DNA from: a bacterium
Lineage (GTDB): Bacteria; Sysuimicrobiota; Sysuimicrobiia; Sysuimicrobiales; Kaftiobacteriaceae
NCBI GenBank assembly: GCA_044868695.1
Contig: JBIOWP010000119.1
Span: 1 to 13,088 of the forward strand
Direction: 5' to 3'
Length of the DNA stretch: 13,088 nucleotides
Shown one piece after another: positions 8,006-13,088 of the stretch. The translations under genes were made by a program, and so were the position numbers. The notes under the pieces were generated by a model. That model had not been told where the DNA came from. It was given only the letters and a program-made list of their open reading frames with translations, and made no database searches. Position 1 is the first letter of the stretch. Every line of letters starts with the position of its first letter.

Positions 8006-8035
8006 TTGACACCGGCCTGTCCAGTATGGTACAAG
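8006..8035 (+). promoter_or_regulatory. Putative sigma70 promoter (divergent from the reductase promoter)
   Basis: Perfect TTGACA (8006-8011), 18 nt, TACAAG (8030-8035) with TG at 8027-8028. The -10 lacks the final T. Confidence 0.45.
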
Positions 8036-8048
8036 GAACCAACACGCA

Positions 8049-8095
8049 GTCGGCCAGGACGCCGGCGAATGCACGCCGGCGTCTTGTGCATTTTC
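8049..8095 (+). terminator. Leader attenuator: hexaloop hairpin overlapping a terminator-like stem
   Basis: 13-bp stem CAGGACGCCGGCG (8055-8067) / CGCCGGCGTCTTG (8074-8086, one G-U) followed by TGCATTTTC. Alternative hairpin CGGC-CAGGAC-GCCG (8051-8064). Confidence 0.5.
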
Positions 8096-8114
8096 GGAGG
8101 CCGCGAAGAGCCCG

Positions 8115-8297
8115 GTGAGCAAGTGCCATCTGTGCGGCATACCAGACGCGCAGGCCGTCCTGATCAAATGCCAGTGGTTCGGGAAGGGCACGAAGTGGCT
8201 GTGCGTCGACTGTCTGCGTTCCCGGGCTGCGGACGTGCGGTCCGGTACCGGGCTGGACCCGGTCCGGGCGGGGAGTGGATCGGAAGCTCCCGATTGA
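8115..8297 (+). CDS. Small putative zinc-binding protein (CxxC-x22-CxxC), 60 aa
   Basis: GTG start. CHLC and CVDC pairs plus a fifth Cys. GGAGG at 8096-8100 is rather distant from the start. Fills the gap between two promoters. Confidence 0.5.
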   Translation: MSKCHLCGIPDAQAVLIKCQWFGKGTKWLCVDCLRSRAADVRSGTGLDPVRAGSGSEAPD

Positions 8298-8323
8298 CAG
8301 CGGGAAGCACATCTGATATCAGA
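8294..8323 (+). promoter_or_regulatory. Putative sigma70 promoter of the riboswitch-gltB transcript, with a palindrome over the -10
   Basis: TTGACA (8294-8299), 17 nt, TATCAG (8317-8322), TG at 8314-8315. Perfect palindrome TCTGATATCAGA (8312-8323). Confidence 0.65.
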
Positions 8324-8336
8324 GTAGGCAACTTGG

Positions 8337-8466
8337 GGTACTGAGGAAGTGCGCCTAGGGTTCCGCCGCGCTTATCGGGTGCGGGTCTGGTCCTAGCGGC
8401 GCAGGCCGGCCATCCCGCCGGCTACACCGTCGGGAGAGAAGCCCGAGGGGGAGGTTCCTCCGTACC
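8337..8466 (+). ncRNA. ykkC-yxkD family riboswitch aptamer, most likely subtype 2a (ppGpp)
   Basis: Conserved UAGGGUUCCG (8356-8365), CUGGUCC, ACAC (8424-8427), GGGA..GAAGCCCG. P1 UGCGCC (8350-8355) / GGCGCA (8398-8403). P2 GCCGGC (8405-8410) / GCCGGC (8417-8422). P0 GGUAC-U-GAGGAA (8337-8348) / UUCCUC-C-GUACC (8455-8466). Lies upstream of glutamate synthase. Confidence 0.88.
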
Positions 8467-8510
8467 GGAAGGTGCGCCTTCCGGTGGGGGATCACCCCCT
8501 CGGGCTTTGC
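8439..8510 (+). terminator. Riboswitch expression platform (terminator-like helix competing with the aptamer 3' end)
   Basis: AAGCCCGAGGGGG (8439-8451) is perfectly complementary to CCCCCTCGGGCTT (8495-8507). Inner hairpin ACCGGAAGG/CCTTCCGGT (8464-8485). The U-tract is short (TTT). Confidence 0.65.
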
Positions 8511-8541
8511 GCTATCGCACGGATGTCGGAAGAGGTGATCC

Positions 8542-11500
8542 GTGGAGCCGACGGTTGCGATTGCCGAACGGGATGCCTGCGGCGTGGGGTTCGTCGCCGA
8601 TGTGCGCGGCCGCCGGAGTCACGCCGTCCTGGGTCATGCCCTGACGGCGGTGGCCAACCTCAGCCACCGCGGGGCGGTCGCCGCCGACGGCAAGACCGGC
8701 GACGGGGCAGGTGTGCTGACCCAGCTGCCGCATGCTCTGCTGCGCCGGGATCTTCGCATCGACGTCCCGGATGGCCATCTCGGGGCCGGCATGCTGTTCC
8801 TCCCCGCGACGGACCGCGGGCGGGCCGCCGCCGTTGCCCTGGTCGAAGAGGTCATCAACACAACGGCGCTGAGTCTTCTGGGTTGGCGCGACGTCCCCAC
8901 CGACCCCTCCGCCCTCGGCACTCACGCCGCCGCCTCGCGGCCCCACATTGCCCAGGTGGTCGTCGCCGGCCGTCCAGATCTCTCACGCAACGCCCTCGAA
9001 CGCGCGCTGTACCTCTGCCGCAGGCGGATCGAGCGGCGCGCGGCCGAAGCCGGCCTCGACCTGTACGTCCCGTCGTTTTCATTGCGGACCGTCGTCTACA
9101 AGGCCTTGCTTACTTCTCCCGCGCTCCCGCGCTTCTATGCGGATCTGCTGGACCCCGAGTTCCAGACGGCGATCGCGATCTTTCACCAGCGCTACAGCAC
9201 CAACACCTTCCCCAGCTGGCGGCTCGCCCAGCCCTTCCGGTTCCTCGCGCACAACGGTGAGATCAACACGCTGCAGGGCAACGCCCTGTGGATGCGGGCG
9301 CGGGAGCCGGCGCTGGAGGCGGCCGCCTGGGGGGAGCAGATCCGCGAGCTCGTGCCGGTGATCCAGGAGGGCGGCAGCGACAGCGCGATGCTGGACAACG
9401 TGGTGGAGCTGCTGGCGCAGTCCGGCCGCCGTCTGCCTCACGCCCTGCTGATGCTGGTGCCGCAGGCATGGGAAGGTCTTCCCGACATTGACGAATCGGT
9501 GCGCGCCTTCTACGCGTTCCACGCCTGCCTCACCGAACCGTGGGACGGCCCTGCTGCGCTCGCGTTCTCCGACGGCGCGGTCGTTGGCAGCGTGCTGGAC
9601 CGCAACGGACTGAGGCCGGCCCGGTACCTGGTGACCCGCGATGGGTTGGTGGTAATGGCCTCAGAGGCCGGGGTGCTGGAGATTCCGGCCGGACAGATCA
9701 CCGAGAAGGGGCGATTGGGACCCGGACAGATGCTGCTGGTCGACACCGACCGAGCGCGCCTGCTGCGGGATCACGACGTGAAGGCCGAACAGGCGTCGGC
9801 GCGGCCTTACCGGGAGTGGGTGCGCCGCCACCTGGTGCAGCTCGCCGCGTACCCGCCCGACGGCGCAGGCGACGCGACCCTGCCGTTGGTGACCCGGCAG
9901 CGCATCTTCGGGTACGCCAGCGAGGACGTGGAGCGGATCCTCCGGCCGATGGTGCTGGAGCGTAAGGATCCAGTGTTTTCCATGGGAGACGATACACCCG
10001 CGGCCGTCTTCTCCACGCGCCCGCGCCTCCTGTACGACTATCTCAAGCAGCGGTTCGCCCAGGTCACAAACCCGCCGATTGATCCGCTGCGCGAGCGGAT
10101 GGTGATGTCGCTCGCGACCTACCTGGGACCGCGGCCGTCGTTCCTGGACGAGACGCCGGCCCAGGCGCAGCTGCTGCTGCTCCGGACGCCAATTCTCCTG
10201 CCCGATGACCTGCGCTGGATACGGGAGCACGGGCCGTTTCCGACCGTGACGCTCGACGCGCGGTTTCCCGCCACCGGCGGCGCCGCGGGACTGGCCCAGG
10301 TGCTGGACGGGCTGGTCGAGGAAGCCTGCGCGGCCGCTCGCACATCCACGCTGGTCATCCTGAGCGACACGGCCGCCGACGACTCGATGGCGCCGGTGCC
10401 GATGCTGCTCGCCGTCGCCGCGGCGCACTACGGGCTGATCCGTGCGGGCCTGCGCATGCGCACCAGTCTCCTGGTGGAGACCGCCGAGGCGCGGGACATC
10501 CATCAGCTGGCCTGCCTGGCTGGCTATGGAGCCGGCGCGATCTGTCCGACGCTCGCCCTGCAGACGGTGGGGGCCGACGCGCAGCTGCCCGGCGACGTGC
10601 ACACTCGGTGGGCCGCCTATCGTGCCGCCGCGGAAGCTGGACTGCTGAAGATCATGTCCAAGATGGGGATCAGTACATTCCCCGGATACTGCGGCGCGCA
10701 GCTGTTCGAAGCCATCGGCCTGGACCAGGACCTGGTGGAGCGGTTCTTCCCCGGCACACCGTCACGCATCGGGGGCATCGGGCTGGAGGAAATTGCCGCG
10801 GAGACGCTGGCCAGACACCGGCGGGCCTTCGCGTCGCCTGGCGCACTGGAAGAGGCCGGAGATGTGCGGTTCCGCCGCGAGGGCGAGTACCACGCGTTCA
10901 ACCCCTATGTCGTGAAGGCGGTGCATCAGGCCGCCCGCGGCGATCCCGGAGCCCAGGGGGTCTTGGCTGAGATGATTGCCAACCGGCCCCCGACGTCGCT
11001 GCGGGACCTACTGGATATCGTGCCGCGCGGGCCGATTCCACTCGCGGAGGTGGAGCCGGCAGAGGCGATTGTCAGGCGGTTTGTGATCTCCGCGATGTCT
11101 CACGGCGCGCTCAGCCGCGAGGCGCACCAGACCCTGGCCGTCGCCGCGAACCGCCTCGGCGCCCGTTCCAACAGCGGCGAGGGCGGGGAAGATCCCCAGC
11201 GGTACTGGCGGCGGCCGGGAGTGGCGTGGTCCAACAGCCGCGTGAAGCAGATCGCCTCGGCGCGGTTCGGGGTCACGCCGGAGTACATTCTGTCGGCCGA
11301 CGAGCTGGAGATCAAGATGGCGCAGGGCAGCAAGCCTGGCGAAGGCGGGCAGCTCCCGGGCCATAAGGTGAGCGACGAGATCGCGCGCATCCGCCGCGCA
11401 CAGGCCGGCATCACGCTGATCTCACCGCCGCCGCATCACGACATCTACAGCATTGAGGATCTGGCGCAGCTCATCTATGATCTCAAGCGCGTTCATCCCC

Positions 11501-12975
11501 AGGCGCGGGTAGCCGTCAAGCTGGTGGCCGAGGCCGGCGTGGGCACGATTGCGGCCGGGGTGGCCAAGGCGTTTGCCGACACGGTGCAGATCAGCGGTCA
11601 TGACGGCGGCACGGGCGCCTCGCCGCTCGATTCCATCAAACACGCCGGCGTGCCGTGGGAGCTCGGTCTGGCGGAAACGCAGCAGGTGCTGGTGCGCAGC
11701 GCCCTGCGTGGGCGCGTGCGCGTGCGCGTCGACGGCGGGATGAAGACCGGGCGCGACGTCGTCATCGCCGCGCTGCTCGGGGCGGACGAGTTCGGGTTCG
11801 GGTCCGCCGCGGTCGTAGCGCTCGGGTGCGTGATGGCGCGGCAGTGCCACCTCAACACCTGTCCGGTGGGGGTCGCGACGCAGCGCGAAGACCTGCGGGC
11901 GAAATTCACCGGGACTAGCGAGCGGGTGGTCGCCTACCTCCTCGGTGTGGCGGAGCAGGTGCGGGAGTTGCTGGCCCAGCTGGGCGCGCGGTCGGTGCAG
12001 GAGATCGTCGGCCGGGTGGAGCTGCTCCGGCAGAAGCCGGTCGACCACCCCAAAGCGAAAGGGCTCGACCTGGAGTTTCTCCTGCGCGATCCGGACCCTG
12101 CGCGGCGGCACCCGCGGCGCAACGAAGCGGCGCGCAACGAACGGCCCGACGACATTAACCTTGATCTGCAGATCATCGCGGATACGAGCAGCATGCTCGA
12201 GCAGGGACGGCCGGTCGAGCTAGCCTACGGCATTCGCAACCGTGACCGCACCACCGGCGCGCGGATGGCCGGAGAGGTTGCGGCGCATCACGGAGACGCC
12301 GGCCTACCGCCCGGTACGGTCACCCTGAAGTTCACCGGCAGCGCCGGGCAGAGCTTTGGGGCGTTCCTCGTCCCGGGTCTGACCCTGATGCTCGAGGGCG
12401 AGGCCAACGACTACGTTGGGAAGGGGATGGCGGGCGGAGAGATTGTCATCCGGCCCCCGGGCGAGTTCACGGGCGCCACACACCGGGCTGTGATCATGGG
12501 GAATACGGTGCTCTACGGCGCCACGGGCGGACGCCTGTTCGCCGCCGGGCGGTCGGGCGAGCGGTTTGCCGTGCGCAACAGTGGCGCGGTGGCGGTAGTC
12601 GAGGGAGCCGGGGATCATGGGTGCGAGTACATGACCGGCGGCGTCGCCGTCATCCTCGGCGAGATCGGGCACAACTTCGCCGCAGGCATGACCGGTGGGG
12701 CGGCGTACGTGCTGGATGAGCGCAGCCATCTCGCACACCGATGCAATCCCGAGCACGTGCTCTGGCACCGGGTGACCGACCCCGGCGACGAGGCGCTGCT
12801 GGTCAGCCTGATCACCGACCATGCCCGCCTGACCGGGAGCCCCCGTGCCGCCGACGTCTTGGAGCGGTGGCCCTCATACGCCGGGCAGTTCTGGAAGGTG
12901 GTGCCGAAACCAGGCGCATCGCGCCCGGCGCAGACCGCTACCGGTCAACCCGGAGGGGTAGAAGCCCGGCGCTGA
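8542..12975 (+). CDS. gltB: Glutamate synthase large (alpha) subunit
   Basis: SD AGAGGTGA. ERDACGVGF with the catalytic Cys1 of the Ntn amidotransferase, HQRYSTNTFPSW, AHNGEINT, EPWDGPA, FAQVTNPPIDP, KMAQGSKPGEGGQLPG, [3Fe-4S] motif CVMARQCHLNTCPVG, C-terminal GXGXG beta-helix. 1477 aa. Confidence 0.98.
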   Translation: MEPTVAIAERDACGVGFVADVRGRRSHAVLGHALTAVANLSHRGAVAADGKTGDGAGVLTQLPHALLRRDLRIDVPDGHLGAGMLFLPATDRGRAAAVALVEEVINTTALSLLGWRDVPTDPSALGTHAAASRPHIAQVVVAGRPDLSRNALERALYLCRRRIERRAAEAGLDLYVPSFSLRTVVYKALLTSPALPRFYADLLDPEFQTAIAIFHQRYSTNTFPSWRLAQPFRFLAHNGEINTLQGNALWMRAREPALEAAAWGEQIRELVPVIQEGGSDSAMLDNVVELLAQSGRRLPHALLMLVPQAWEGLPDIDESVRAFYAFHACLTEPWDGPAALAFSDGAVVGSVLDRNGLRPARYLVTRDGLVVMASEAGVLEIPAGQITEKGRLGPGQMLLVDTDRARLLRDHDVKAEQASARPYREWVRRHLVQLAAYPPDGAGDATLPLVTRQRIFGYASEDVERILRPMVLERKDPVFSMGDDTPAAVFSTRPRLLYDYLKQRFAQVTNPPIDPLRERMVMSLATYLGPRPSFLDETPAQAQLLLLRTPILLPDDLRWIREHGPFPTVTLDARFPATGGAAGLAQVLDGLVEEACAAARTSTLVILSDTAADDSMAPVPMLLAVAAAHYGLIRAGLRMRTSLLVETAEARDIHQLACLAGYGAGAICPTLALQTVGADAQLPGDVHTRWAAYRAAAEAGLLKIMSKMGISTFPGYCGAQLFEAIGLDQDLVERFFPGTPSRIGGIGLEEIAAETLARHRRAFASPGALEEAGDVRFRREGEYHAFNPYVVKAVHQAARGDPGAQGVLAEMIANRPPTSLRDLLDIVPRGPIPLAEVEPAEAIVRRFVISAMSHGALSREAHQTLAVAANRLGARSNSGEGGEDPQRYWRRPGVAWSNSRVKQIASARFGVTPEYILSADELEIKMAQGSKPGEGGQLPGHKVSDEIARIRRAQAGITLISPPPHHDIYSIEDLAQLIYDLKRVHPQARVAVKLVAEAGVGTIAAGVAKAFADTVQISGHDGGTGASPLDSIKHAGVPWELGLAETQQVLVRSALRGRVRVRVDGGMKTGRDVVIAALLGADEFGFGSAAVVALGCVMARQCHLNTCPVGVATQREDLRAKFTGTSERVVAYLLGVAEQVRELLAQLGARSVQEIVGRVELLRQKPVDHPKAKGLDLEFLLRDPDPARRHPRRNEAARNERPDDINLDLQIIADTSSMLEQGRPVELAYGIRNRDRTTGARMAGEVAAHHGDAGLPPGTVTLKFTGSAGQSFGAFLVPGLTLMLEGEANDYVGKGMAGGEIVIRPPGEFTGATHRAVIMGNTVLYGATGGRLFAAGRSGERFAVRNSGAVAVVEGAGDHGCEYMTGGVAVILGEIGHNFAAGMTGGAAYVLDERSHLAHRCNPEHVLWHRVTDPGDEALLVSLITDHARLTGSPRAADVLERWPSYAGQFWKVVPKPGASRPAQTATGQPGGVEARR

Positions 12976-12989
12976 CGGGATTGACCGGC

Positions 12990-13018
12990 TTGACCGTGCT
13001 GCGGTTCTGTGCTAAATT
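12990..13018 (+). promoter_or_regulatory. Putative sigma70 promoter with extended -10 directly after gltB
   Basis: TTGACC (12990-12995), 17 nt, TAAATT (13013-13018), TG at 13010-13011. Confidence 0.65.
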
Positions 13019-13025
13019 ACCGGCT

Positions 13026-13088
13026 GAACAGCAGAGATGTGTTCGGGGCCACGGCGCCCTCCATGCGGAGGGCGCCGTCTCCATTTCC
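13026..13088 (+). promoter_or_regulatory. ANTAR-like dual hexaloop leader overlapping a terminator-like hairpin
   Basis: P1 loop AGAGAU (13033-13038) closed by GC/GU. P2 GGGGC-CACGGC-GCCCU (13045-13060). P2 overlaps the 12-bp perfect stem ACGGCGCCCTCC (13051-13062) / GGAGGGCGCCGT (13067-13078), followed by CTCCATTTCC. Confidence 0.55.

Noticed and set aside
8337..8466. Guanidine-I or PRPP assignment for the ykkC RNA
   Set aside because: A P0 stem is present (absent in guanidine-I), the downstream gene is neither guanidine export/carboxylase nor purine synthesis, and the apparent discriminator is A. Disfavoured, not formally excluded.
1..13088. CRISPR array, tRNA, rRNA or intact IS element
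   Set aside because: No regularly spaced direct repeats, cloverleaf, rRNA-like stretch, intact transposase or terminal inverted repeats seen.

Overview
High-GC bacterial window. In order: the 3' part of a TctA tripartite tricarboxylate transporter; a co-oriented cluster of RimK-like ATP-grasp, L-lactate-permease-family transporter, stand-alone ChrB-C domain protein, GMC oxidoreductase and alpha/beta hydrolase; a convergent FAD/NAD(P)H ferredoxin-reductase-like gene; a small CxxC..CxxC ORF; and a glutamate synthase large subunit (gltB) with no gltD directly behind it. The most interesting signals are non-coding. (1) A ykkC-family riboswitch with a P0 stem and a competing terminator-like helix precedes gltB, most consistent with the ppGpp-sensing subtype 2a. 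(2) Two related promoter-proximal leaders (GGCCAnGnCGCC hexaloop hairpin overlapping a terminator, ANTAR-like) flank gltB. (3) An unannotated 37-codon Cys-containing leader ORF with an anti-SD switch and an embedded REP-like palindrome sits ahead of the ATP-grasp cluster. (4) An apparent RAYT/Y1-transposase C-terminal remnant lies between the GMC and hydrolase genes. All family calls come from motif recognition by eye; no searches were run.
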